A stretch of 64,000 bases of DNA from Leptogorgia sarmentosa (taxonomy: Eukaryota): positions 2,108,001-2,172,000 of the forward strand of contig OZ210884.1 of assembly GCA_964658305.1 (NCBI GenBank), in the 5' to 3' direction. Both the position numbers and the translations under genes were made by a program. Shown here piece after piece: positions 51,101-64,000 of this stretch. How positions within the stretch are numbered: the first letter of the stretch is position 1; every line of letters begins with the position of its first letter. Under the pieces are notes generated by a model. That model did not search any database and was not told the DNA's origin. It was given only the letters and a program-made list of their open reading frames with translations.

Positions 51101-54100
51101 CGAGCAAGGGCATGATGATGGGTAGCCCGTTGTTTCAAAGGAATCTCAACAGGAGCAATAGCAAATATACCATACCAGGTGAAGGGACTTGATTGCTTCT
51201 GTGGCTTCCATTTTGAATGGTGTCGCCACCAAATTTACCATGCATATTCACCATGCCAAGAGCAATGTGCAGCGAAAATTTCGTAAACCTGTGATAAAAA
51301 TACGAGCAAGGGCATGATGATGGGTAGCCCGTTGTTTCAAAGGAATCTAAACAGGAGCAATAGCAAATATACCATACCAGGTAAAGGGACTTGATTGCTT
51401 CTGTGGCTTCCATTTTGAATGGTGTCGCATCCAAATTTACCATGCGTATTCACCATGCCAAGAGCAATGTGCAGCGAAAATTTTGTAAACCTGTGATAAA
51501 AATACGAGCAAGGGCATGATGATGGGTAGCCCGTTGTTTCAAAGGAATCTCAACACGAGCAATAGCAAATATACCATACCAGGTGAAGGGACTTGATTGC
51601 TTCTGTGGCTTCCATTTTGAATGGTGTCGCCACCAAATTTACCATGCGTATTCACCATCGCCAAGAGCAATGTGCAGCGAAAATTTCGTAAACCTGTGAT
51701 AAAAATACGAGCAAGGCATGATGATGGGTAGCCCGTTGTTTCAAAGGAATCTCAACAGGAGCAATAGCAATAGCAAATATACCATACCAGGTGAAGGGAC
51801 TTGATTGCTTCTGTGGCTTCCATTTTGAATGGTGTCGCCACCAAATTTACCATGCGTATTCACCATGCCAAGAGCAATGTGCAGCAAAAATTTCGTAAAC
51901 CTGTGATAAAATTACGAGCAAGGGCATGATGATGGGTAGCCCGTTGTTTCAAAGGAATCTCAACAGGAGCAATAGCAAATATACCATACCAGGTGAAGGG
52001 ACTTGATTGCTTCTGTGGCTTCCATTTTGAATGGTGTCGCCACCAAATTTACCATGCGTATTCACCATGCCAAGAGCAATGTGCAGCAAAAATTTCGTAA
52101 ACCTGTGATAAAAATACGAGCAAGGGCATGATGATGGGTAGCCCGTTGTTTCAAAGGAATCTCAACAGGAGCAATAGCAAATATACCATACCAGGTGAAG
52201 GGACTTGATTGCTTCTGTGGCTTCCATTTTGAATGGTGTCGCCACCAAATTTACCATGCGTATTCACCATGCCAAGAGCAATATGCAGCAAAAATTTCGT
52301 AAACCTGTGATAAAAATACGAGCAAGGGCATGATGATGGGTAGCCCGTTGTTTCAAAGGAATCTCAACAGGAGCAATAGCAAATATACCATACCAGGTGA
52401 AGGGACTTGATTGCTTCTGTGGCTTCCATTTTGAATGGTGTCGCCACCAAATTTACCATGCGTACTCGCCATGCCAAGAACAATGTGCAGCGAAAATTTC
52501 GTAAACCTGTGATAAAAATACGAGCAAGGGCATGATGATGGGTAGCCCGTTGTTTCAAAGGAATCTCAACAGGAGCAATAGCAAATATACCATACCAGGT
52601 GAAGGGACTTGATTGCTTCTGTGGCTTCCATTTTGAATGGTGTCGGCACCAAATTTACCATGCGTATTCACCATCGCCAAGAGCAATGTGCAGCGAAAAT
52701 TTCGTAAACCTGTGATAAAAATACGAGCAAGGGCATGATGATGGGTAGCCCGTTGTTTCAAAGGAATCTCAACAGGAGCAATAGCAATAGCAAATATACC
52801 ATACTAGGTGAAGGGACTTGATTGCTTCTGTGGCTTCCATTTTGAATGGTGTCGCCACCAAATTTACCATGCGTATTCACCATGCCAAGAGCAATGTGCA
52901 GCAAAAATTTCGTAAACCTGTGATAAAAATACGAGCAAGGGCATGATGATGGGTAGCCCGTTGTTTCAAAGGAATCTCAACAGGACCAATAGCAATAGCA
53001 AATATACCATACCAGGTGAAGGGACTTGATTGCTTCTGTGGCTTCCATTTTGAATGGTGTCGCCACCAAATTTAACATGCGTATTCACCATGCCAAGAGC
53101 AATGTACAGCGAAAATTTCGTAAACCTGTGATAAAAATACGACCAAGGGCATGATGATGGGTAGCCCGTTGTTTCAAAGAAATCTCAACAAGAGCAATAG
53201 CAATAGCAAATATACCATACCAGGTGAAGGGACTTGATTGCTTCTGTGGCTTCCATTTTGAATAGTGTCGCCACCAAATTTACCATGCGTACTCGCCATG
53301 CCAAGAGCAATGTGCAGCGAAAATTTCGTAAACCTGTGATAAAAATACGAGCAAGGGCATGATGATGGGTAGCCCGTTGTTTCAAAGGAATCTCAACAGG
53401 AGCAATAGCAAATATACCATACCAGGTGAAGGGACTTGATTGCTTCTGTGGCTTCCATTTTGAATGGTGTCGCCACGAAATTTACCATGCGTATTCACCA
53501 TGCCAAGAGCCATTAGCAGCGAAAATTTCGTAAACCTGTGATAAAAATACGAGCAAGGGCATGATGATGGGTAGCCCGTTGTTTCAAAGGAATCTCAACA
53601 GGAGCAATAGCAATAGCAAATATACCATACCAGGTGAAGGGACTTGATTGCTTCTGTGGCTTCCATTTTGAATGGTGTCGCCACCAAATTTACCATGCAT
53701 ATTCACCATGCCAAGAGCAATGTGTAGCGAAAATGTCGTAAACCTGTGATAAAAATACGAGCAAGGGCATGATGATGGGTAGCCCGTTGTTTCAAAGGAA
53801 TCTCAACAGGAGCAATAGCAATAGCAAATATACCATACATGGTGAAGGGACTTGATTGCTTCTGTGGCTTCCATTTTGGTGTCGCCACCAAATTTACCAT
53901 GCGTATTCACCATCGCCAAGAGCAATGTGCAGCGAAAATTTCGTAAACCTGTAATAAAAATACGAGCAAGGGCATGATGATGGGTAGCCCGTTGTTTCAA
54001 AGGAATCTCAACAGGAGCAATGGCAAATATACCATACCAGGTGAAGGGACTTGATTGCTTCTGTGGCTTCCATTTTGAATGGTGTCGCCACCAAATTTAC

Positions 54101-57100
54101 CATGCGTACTCGCCATGCCAAGAACAATGTGCAGCGAAAATTTCGTAAACCTGTGATAAAAATACGAGCAAGGGCATGATGATGGGTAGCCCGTTGTTTC
54201 AAAGGAATCTCAACAGGAGCAATAGCAAATATACCATACCAGGTGAAGGGACTTGATTGCTTCTGTGGCTTCCATTTTGAATGGTGTCGGCACCAAATTT
54301 ACCATGCGTATTCACCATCGCCAAGAGCAATGTGCAGCGAAAATTTCGTAAACCTGTGATAAAAATACGAGCAAGGGCATGATGATGGGTAGCCCGTTGT
54401 TTCAAAGGAATCTCAACAGGAGCAATAGCAATAGCAAATATACCATACTAGGTGAAGGGACTTGATTGCTTCTGTGGCTTCCATTTTGAATGGTGTCGCC
54501 ACCAAATTTAACATGCGTATTCACCATGCCAAGAGCAATGTACAGCGAAAATTTCGTAAACCTGTGATAAAAATACGACCAAGGGCATGATGATGGGTAG
54601 CCCGTTGTTTCAAAGAAATCTCAACAAGAGCAATAGCAATAGCAAATATACCATACCAGGTGAAGGGACTTGATTGCTTCTGTGGCTTCCATTTTGAATG
54701 GTGTCGCCACCAAATTTACCATGCGTACTCGCCATGCCAAGAGCAATGTGCAGCGAAAATTTCGTAAACCTGTGATAAAAATACGAGCAAGGGCATGATG
54801 ATGGGTAGCCCGTTGTTTCAAAGGAATCTCAACAGGAGCAATAGCAATAGCAAATATACCATACCAGGTGAAGGGACTTGATTGCTTCTGTGGCTTCCAT
54901 TTTGAATGGTGTCGCCACCAAATTTACCATGCGTATTCACCATGCCAAGAGCAATGTGTAGCGAAAATGTCGTAAACCTGTGATAAAAATACGAGCAAGG
55001 GCATGATGATGGGTAGCCCGTTGTTTCAAAGGAATCTCAACAGGAGCAATAGCAATAGCAAATATACCATACATGGTGAAGGGACTTGATTGCTTCTGTG
55101 GCTTCCATTTTGGTGTCGCCACCAAATTTACCATGCGTATTCACCATCGCCAAGAGCAATGTGCAGCGAAAATTTCGTAAACCTGTAATAAAAATACGAG
55201 CAAGGGCATGATGATGGGTAGCCCGTTGTTTCAAAGGAATCTCAACAGGAGCAATAGCAATAGCAAATATACCATACCAGGTGAAGGGACTTGATTGCTT
55301 CTGTGGCTTCCATTTTGAATGGTGTCGCCACCAAATTTACCATGCGTATTCGCCATGCCAAGAGCAAATTGCAGCGAAAATTTCGTAAACCTGTGATAAA
55401 AATACGTGCAAGGGCATGATGATGGGTAGCCCGTTGTTTCAAAGGAATCTCAACAGGAGCAATAGCAAATATACCATACCAGGTGAAGGGACTTGATTGC
55501 TTCTGTGGCTTCCATTTTGAATGGTGTCGCCACCAAATTTACCATGCGTATTCACCATGCCAAGAGCAATGTGCAACGAAAATTTCGTAAACCTGTGATA
55601 AAAATACGAGCAAGGGCATGATGATGGGTAGCCCGTTGTTTCAAAGGAATCTCAACAGGAGCAATAGCAATAGCAAATATACCATACCAGGTGAAGGGAC
55701 TTGATTGCTTCTGTGGCTTCCATTTTGAATGGTGTCGCCACCAAATTTACCATGCGTATTCGCCATGCCAAGAGCAAATTGCAGCGAAAATTTCGTAAAC
55801 CTGTGATAAAAATACGTGCAAGGGCATGATGATGGGTAGCCCGTTGTTTCAAAGGAATCTCAACAGGAGCAATAGCAAATATACCATACCAGGTGAAGGG
55901 ACTTGATTGCTTCTGTGGCTTCCATTTTGAATGGTGTCGCCACCAAATTTACCATGCGTATTCACCATGCCAAGAGCAATGTGCAGCAAAAATTTCGTAA
56001 ACCTGTGATAAAAATACGGGCAAGGGCATGATGATGGGTAGCCCGTTGTTTCAAAGGAATCTCAACAGGAGCAATAGCAATAGCAAATATACCATACCAG
56101 GTGAAGGGACTTGATTGCTTCTGTGGCTTCCATTTTGAATGGTGTCGCCACCAAATTTACCATGCGTATTCACCATGCCAAGAGCAATGTGCAGCGAAAA
56201 TTTCGTAAACCTGTGATAAAAATACGGGCAAGGGCATGATGATGGGTAGCCCGTTGTTTCAAAGGAATCTCAACAGGAGCAATAGCAATAGCAAATATAC
56301 CATACCAGGTGAAGGGACTTGATTGCTTCTGTGGCTTCCATTTTGAATGGTGTCGCAACCAAATTTACCATGCGTATTCGCCATGCCAAGAGCAAATTGC
56401 AGCGAAAATTTCGTAAACCTGTGATAAAAATACGTGCAAGGGCATGATGATGGGTAGCCCGTTGTTTCAAAGGAATCTCAACAGGAGCAATAGCAAATAT
56501 ACCATACCAGGTGAAGGGACTTGATTGCTTCTGTGGCTTCCATTTTGAATGGTGTCGCCACCAAATTTACCATGCGTATTCACCATGCCAAGAGCAATGT
56601 GCAGCGAAAATTTCGTAAACCTGTGATAAAAATACGGGCAAGGGCATGATGATGGGTAGCCCGTTGTTTCAAAGGAATCTCAACAGGAGCAATAGCAATA
56701 GCAAATATACCATACCAGGTGAAGGGACTTGATTGCTTCTGTGGCTTCCATTTTGAATGGTGTCGCCACCAAATTTACCATGCGTATTCACCATGCCAAG
56801 AGCAATGTGCAGCGAAAATTTCGTAAACCTGTGATAAAAATACGGGCAAGGGCATGATGATGGGTAGCCCGTTGTTTCAAAGGAATCTCAACAGGAGCAA
56901 TAGCAATAGCAAATATACCATACCAGGTGAAGGGACTTGATTGCTTCTGTGGCTTCCATTTTGAATGGTGTCGCCACCAAATTTACCATGCGTATTCACC
57001 ATGCCAAGAGCAATGTGCAGCGAAAATTTCATAAACCTGTGATAAAAATACGAGCAAGGGAATGATGATGGGTAGCCCGTTGTTTCAAAGGAATCTCAAC

Positions 57101-59373
57101 AGGAGCAATAGCAAATATACCATACCAGGTGAAGGGACTTGATTGCTTCTGTGGCTTCAATTTTGAACGGTGTCGCCACCAAATTTACCATGTGTATTCA
57201 CCATGCAAAGAGCAATGTGCAGCGAAAATTTCGTAAACCTGTGATAAAAATACGAGCAAGGGCATGATGATGGGTAGCCCGTTGTTTCAAAGGAATCTCA
57301 ACAGGAGCAATAGCAAATATACCATACCAGGTGAAGGGACTTGATTGCTTCTGTGGCTTCCATTTTGAATGGTGTCGCCACCAAATTTACCATGCGTATT
57401 CACCATGCCACGAGCAATGTGCAGCGAAAATTTCGTAAACCTGTGATAAAAATACGAGCAAGGGCATGATGATGGGTAGCCCGTTGCTTCAAGGGAATCT
57501 CAACAGGAGCAATAGCAAATATACCATACCAGGTGAAGGGACTTGATTGCTTCTGTGGCTTCCATTTTGAATGGTGTCGCCACCAAATTTACCATGCGTA
57601 TTCACGATGCCAAGAGCAATGTGCAGCGAAAATTTCGTAAACCTGTGATAAAAATACGGGCAAGGGCATGATGATGGGTAGCCCGTTGTTTCAAAGGAAT
57701 CTCAACAGGAGCAATAGCAATAGCAAATATACCATACCAGGTGAAGGGACTTGATTGCTTCTGTGGCTTCCATTTTGAATGGTGTCGCCACCAAATTTAC
57801 CATGCGTATTCACCATGCCAAGAGCAATGTGCAGCGAAAATTTCGTAAACCTGTGATAAAAATACGAGCAAGGGAATGATGATGGGTAGCCCGTTGTTTC
57901 AAAGGAATCTCAACAGGAGCAATAGCAAATATACCATACCAGGTGAAGGGACTTGATTGCTTCTGTGGCTTCAATTTTGAATGGTGTCGCCACCAAATTT
58001 ACCATGTGTATTCACCATGCAAAGAGCAATGTGCAGCGAAAATTTCGTAAACCTGTGATAAAAATACGAGCAAGGGCATGATGATGGGTAGCCCGTTGTT
58101 TCAAAGGAATCTCAACAGGAGCAATAGCAAATATACCATACCAGGTGAAGGGACTTGATTGCTTCTGTGGCTTCCATTTTGAATGGTGTCGCCACCAAAT
58201 TTACCATGCGTATTCACCATGCCAAGAGCAATGTGCAGCGAAAATTTCGTAAACCTGTGATAAAAATACGAGCAAGGGAATGATGATGGGTAGCCCGTTG
58301 TTTCAAAGGAATCTCAACAGGAGCAATAGCAAATATACCATACCAGGTGAAGGGACTTCATTGCTTCTGTGGCTTCAATTTTGAATGGTGTCGCCACCAA
58401 ATTTACCATGTGTATTCACCATGCAAAGAGCAATGTGCAGCGAAAATTTCGTAAACCTGTGATAAAAATACGAGCAAGGGCATGATGATGGGTAGCCCGT
58501 TGTTTCAAAGGAATCTCAACAGAAGCAATAGCAAATATACCATACCAGGTGAAGGGACTTGATTGCTTCTGTGGCTTCCATTTTGAATGGTGTCGCCACC
58601 AAATTTACCATGCGTATTCACCATGCCAAGAGCAATGTGCAGCGAAAATTTCGTAAACCTGTGATGAAAATACGAGCAAGGGCATGATGATGGGTAGCCC
58701 GTTGTTTCAAAGGAATCTCAACAGGAGCAATAGCAATAGCAAATATACCATACCAGGTGAAGGGACTTGATTGCTTCTGTGGCTTCCATTTTGAATGGTG
58801 TCGCCACCAAATTTACCATACGTATTCACCATGCCAAGAGCAATGTGCAGCGAAAATTTTGTAAACCTGTGATAAAAATACGAGCAAGGGCATGATGATG
58901 GGTAGCCCGTTGCTTCAAAGGAATCTCAACAGGAGCAATAGCAAATATACCATACCAGGTGAAGGGAATTGATTGCTTCTGTGGCTTCAATTTTGAATGG
59001 TGTCGCCACCAAATTTACCATGCGTATTCACCATGCAAAGAGCAATGTGCAGCGAAAATTTCGTAAACCTGTGATAAAAATACGAGCAAGGGCATGATGA
59101 TGGGTAGCCCGTTGTTTCAAAGGAATCTCAACAGGAGCAATAGCAAATATACCATACCAGGAGAAGGGACTTGATTGCTTTTGTGGCTTCCATTTTGAAT
59201 GGTGTCGCCACCAAATTTACCATGCGTATTCACCATGTCAAGAGCAATGTGAGCGAAAATTTCGTAAACCTGTGATAAAAATACGAGCAAGGGGATGATG
59301 ATGGGTAGCCCGTTGTTTCAAAGGAAACTCAACAGGAGCAATAGCAAATATACCATACCAGGTGAAAGGACTT
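42164..59373 (-). repeat. Same satellite in inverted orientation (17.2-kb block; mixed 202/208-bp monomers)
   Basis: Sequence reads as the reverse complement of the consensus from ATACCAGGTGAAGGG at 42164 to GGTGAAAGGACTT ending at 59373. Confidence 0.98.
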
Positions 59374-59390
59374 TATTATTTTATTATTAT

Positions 59391-62300
59391 TATTGCTATT
59401 GCTCCTGTTGAGATTCCTTTGAAACAACGGGCTACCCATCATCATGCCGTTGCTCGTATTTTTATCACAGGTTTACGAAATTTTCGCTGCACATTGCTCT
59501 TGGCGATGGTGAATACGCATGGTAAATTTGGTGGCGACACCATTTAAAATGGAAGCCACAGAAGCAATCAAGTCCCTTCACCCGGTATGGTGTATTTGCT
59601 ATTGCTATTGGTCCTGTTGAGATTCCTTTGAAACAACGGGCTACCCATCATCATGCCCTTGCTCGTATTTTTATCACAGGTTTACGAAATTTTCGCTGCA
59701 CATTGCTCTTGGCGATGGTGAATACGCATGGTAAATTTGGTGGCGACACCAGTCAAAATGGAAGCCACAGAAGCAATCAAGTCCCTTCACCTGGTATGGT
59801 ATCTTTGCTATTGCTCCTGTTGAGATTCCTTTGAAACAACGGGCTACCCATCATCATGCCGTTGCTCGTATTTTTATCACAGGTTTACGAAATTTTCGCT
59901 GCATATTGCTCTTGGCATGGTGAATATGCATGGTAAATTTGGTGGCGACACTATTCAAAATGGAAGCCACAGAAGCAATCAAGTCCCTTCACCTGGTATG
60001 GTATATTTGCTATTGCTCCTGTTGAGATTCCTTTGAAACAACGGGATACCCATCATCATGCCCTTGCTCGTATTTTTATCACAGGTTTACGAAATTTTCG
60101 CTGCACATTGCTCTTGAATATCGTGAATACGCATGGTAAATTTGGTGGCGACACCATTCAAAATGGAAGCCAGAGAAGCAATCAAGTCCCTTCACCTGGT
60201 ATGGTATATTTGCTATTGCTATTGTTCCTGTTGAGATTCCTTTGAAACAACGGGCTACCCATCATCATGCCATTGCTCGTATTTTTATAACAGGTTTACG
60301 AAATTTTCGCTGCACATTGCTCTTGGCATGGTGAATACGCATGGTAAATTTGGTGGCGACACCATTCAAAATGGAAGCCACAGAAGCAATCAAGTCCCTT
60401 CACCTGGTATGGTATATTTGATATTGCTCCTGTTGAGATTCCTTTGAAACAACGGGCTACCCATCATCATGCCCTTGCTCGTATTTTTATCACAGGTTTA
60501 CGAAATTTTCGGTGCACATTGCTCTTGGCATGGTGAATACGCATGGTAAATTTGGTGGCGACACCATTCAAAATGGAAGCCACACAAGCAATCAAGTCCC
60601 TTCACCTGGTATGGTATATTTGCTATTGCTATTGCTCCTGTTGAGATTCCTTTGAAACCACGGGCTACCCATCGTCATGCCCTTGCTCGTATTTTTATCA
60701 CAGGTTTACGAAATTTTCGCTGCACATTGCTCTTGGCATGCTGAATACGCATGGTAAATTTGGTGGCGACACCATTCAAAATGGAAGCCACAGGAGCAAT
60801 CAAGTCCCTTCACCTCGTATGGTATATTTGCTATTGCTATTGCTCCTGTTGAGATTCCTTTGAAACAACGGGCTACCCATCATCATGCCCTTGCTCGTAT
60901 TTTTATCACAGGTTTACGAAATTTTCGCTGCACATTGCTCTTGGCATGGTGAATGCGCATGGTAAATTTGGTGGCGACACCATTTAAAATGGAAGCCACA
61001 TGAGCAATCAAGTCCCTTCACCTGGTATGGTATATTTGCTATTGCTATTGCTCCTGTTGAGATTCCTTTGAAACAACGGGCTACCCATCATCATGCCATT
61101 GCTCGTATTTTTATCACAGGTTTACGAAATTTTCGCTGCACATTGCTCTTGGCATGCTGAATACGCATGGTAAATTTGGTGGCGACACCATTCAAAATGG
61201 AAGCCACAGGAGCAATCAAGTCCCTTCACCTCGTATGGTATATTTGCTATTGCTATTGCTCCTGTTGAGATTCCTTTGAAACAACGGGCTACCCATCATC
61301 ATGCCCTTGCTCGTATTTTTATCACAGGTTTACGAAATTTTCGCTGCACATTGCTCTTGGCATGGTAAATGCGCATGGTAAATTTGGTGGCGACACCATT
61401 TAAAATGGAAGCCACATGAGCAATCAAGTCCCTTCACCTGGTATGGTATATTTGCTATTGCTATTGCTCCTGTTGAGATTCCTTTGAAACAACGGGCTAC
61501 CCATCATCATGCCCTTGCTCGTATTTTTATCACAGGTTTACGAAATTTTCGCTGCGCATTGCTCTTGGCATGGTGAATACGCATGGTAAATTTGGTGGCG
61601 ACACCATTCAAAATGGAAGCCACAGAAGCAATCAAGTCCCTTCACCTGGTATGGTATATTTGCTATTGCTATTGCTCCTGTTGAGATTCCTTTGAAACAA
61701 CGGGCTACCCATCATCATGCCATTGCTCGTATTTGTATCACAGGTTTACGAAATTTTCGCCGCACATTGCTCTTGGCATGGTGAATACGCATGGTAAATT
61801 TGGTGGCGACACCATTCAAAATGGAAGCCACAGAAGCAATCAAGTCCCTTCACCTGGTATGGTATATTTGATATTGCTATTGCTCCCGTTGAGATTGCTT
61901 TGAAACAACGGGCAACCCATCATCATGCCCTTGCTCGTATTTGTATCACAGGTTTACGAAATTTTCGCTGCACATTGCTCTTGGCATGGTGAATTGGCAT
62001 GGTAAATTTGGTGGCGACACCATTCAAAATGGAAGCCACAGAAGCAATCAAGTCCCTTCACCTGGTATGGTATATTTGCTATTGCTCCTGTTGAGATTCC
62101 TTTGAAACAACGGGCTACCCATCATCATGCCCTTGCTCGTATTTTTATCACAGGTTTACGAAATTTTCGCTGCGCATTGCTCTTGGCATGGTGAAAACGC
62201 ATGGTAAATTTGGTGGCGACACCATTCAAAATGGAAGCCACAGAAGCAATCAAGTCCCTTCACCTGGTATGGTATATTTGCTATTGCTATTGCTCCTGTT

Positions 62301-64000
62301 GAGATTCCTTTGAAACAACGGGCTACCCATCATCATGCCATTGCTCGTATTTGTATCACAGGTTTACGAAATTTTCGCTGCACATTGCTCTTGGCATGGT
62401 GAATACGCATGGTAAATTTGGTGGCGACACCATTCAAAATGGAAGCCACAGAAGCAATCAAGTCCCTTCACCTGGTATGGTATATTTGATATTGCTATTG
62501 CTCCCGTTGAGATTGCTTTGAAACAACGGGCAACCCATCATCATGCCCTTGCTCGTATTTGTATCACAGGTTTACGAAATTTTCGCTGCACATTGCTCTT
62601 GGCATGGTGAATACGCATGGTAAATTTGGTGGCGACACCATTCAAAATGGAAGCCACAGAAGCAATCAAGTCCCTTCACCTGGTATGGTATATTTGATAT
62701 TGCTATTGCTCCCGTTGAGATTGCTTTGAAACAACGGGCAACCCATCATCATGCCCTTGCTCGTATTTGTATCACAGGTTTACGAAATTTTCGCTGCACA
62801 TTGCTCTTGGCATGGTGAATTGGCATGGTAAATTTGGTGGCGACACCATTCAAAATGGAAGCCACAGAAGCAATCAAGTCCCTTCACCTGGTATGGTATA
62901 TTTGCTATTGCTCCTGTTGAGATTCCTTTGAAACAACGGGCTACCCATCATCATGCCCTTGCTCGTATTTTTATCACAGGTTTACGAAATTTTCGCTGCG
63001 CATTGCTCTTGGCATGGTGACAACGCATGGTAAATTTGGTGGCGACACCATTCAAAATGGAAGCCACAGAAGCAATCAAGTCCCTTCACCTGGTATGGTA
63101 TATTTGCTATTGCTATTGCTCCTGTTGAGATTCCTTTGAAACAACGGGCTACCCATCATCATGCCATTGCTCGTATTTGTATCACAGGTTTACGAAATTT
63201 TCGCTGCACATTGCTCTTGGCATGGTGAATACGCATGGTAAATTTGGTGGCGACACCATTCAAAATGGAAGCCACAAAGCAATCAAGTCCCTTCACCTGG
63301 TATGGTATATTTGCTATTGCTCCTGTTGAGATTCCTTTGAAACAACGGGATACCCATCATCATGCCCTTGCTCGTATTTTTATCACAGGTTTACGAAATT
63401 TTCGCTGCACATTGCTCTTGAATATCGTGAATACGCATGGTAAATTTGGTGGCGACACCATTCAAAATGGAAGCCACAGAAGCAATCAAGTCCCTTCACC
63501 TGGTATGGTATATTTGCTATTGCTATTGCTCCTGTTGAGATTCCTTTGAAACAACGGGCTACCCATCATCATGCCCTTGCTCGTATTTTTATCACAGGTT
63601 TACGAAATTTTCGCTGCACATTGCTCTTGGCATGGTGAATACGCATGGTAAATTTGGTGGCGACACCATTCAAAATGGAAGCCACAGAAGCAATCAAGTC
63701 CCTTCACCTGGTATGGTATATTTGATATTGCTCCTGTTGAGATTCCTTTGAAACAACGGGCAACCCATCATCATGCCCTTGCTCGTATTTTTATCGCAGG
63801 TTTACGAAATTTTCGCTGCACATTGCTCTTGGCATGGTGAATACGCATGGTAAATTTGGTGGCGACACCATTCAAAATGGAAGCCACTCAAGCAATCAAG
63901 TCCCTTCACCTGGTATAGTATATTTGCTATTGCTATTGCTCCTGTTGAGATTCCTTTGAAACAACGGGCTACCCATCATCATGCCATTGCTCGTATTTTT
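59391..64000 (+). repeat. Same satellite, forward orientation resumed; runs off the window end
   Basis: Forward consensus from TATTGCTATTGCTCC at 59391 to the last base. Confidence 0.98.

Noticed and set aside
6706..63549. Dozens of near-identical 60-105 aa ORFs (MKQRATHHHALAR..., MWRHHSKWKPQ..., MVNTHGKFGGDT...)
   Set aside because: Translations of the satellite monomer. 202 and 208 are not multiples of 3, frames open and close with single variants, and there is no domain similarity.
6560..64000. CRISPR-like array
   Set aside because: No unique spacers; entire monomers are repeated; no cas genes; eukaryotic context.

Overview
Eukaryotic (metazoan) genomic DNA, probably cnidarian or octocoral-like; that is inferred from recalled protein-family resemblance and is unverified. 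The first ~6.5 kb is a degraded gene and transposon zone. It holds the 3' two-thirds of a class A (rhodopsin-like) GPCR, whose last codons are interrupted by a 930-bp foldback-type element with long inverted arms. It also holds a decayed fragment of a paralogous GPCR, a frameshifted two-exon PAN/apple-EGF-fibrinogen-like pseudogene carrying a TAA-flanked MITE, and further MITE remnants. From ~6,560 to the window end lies one satellite array of roughly 280 monomers of 202/208 bp. It has a diverged left edge, a switch to a homogeneous 208-bp form at ~9.08 kb, many local higher-order duplications (often 7 monomers) and a 17.2-kb internal inversion (42,164-59,373) with one blunt junction and one AT-rich filler junction. 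All ORFs inside the array are repeat artefacts. No novel protein-coding system is supported; the most interesting signals are structural.
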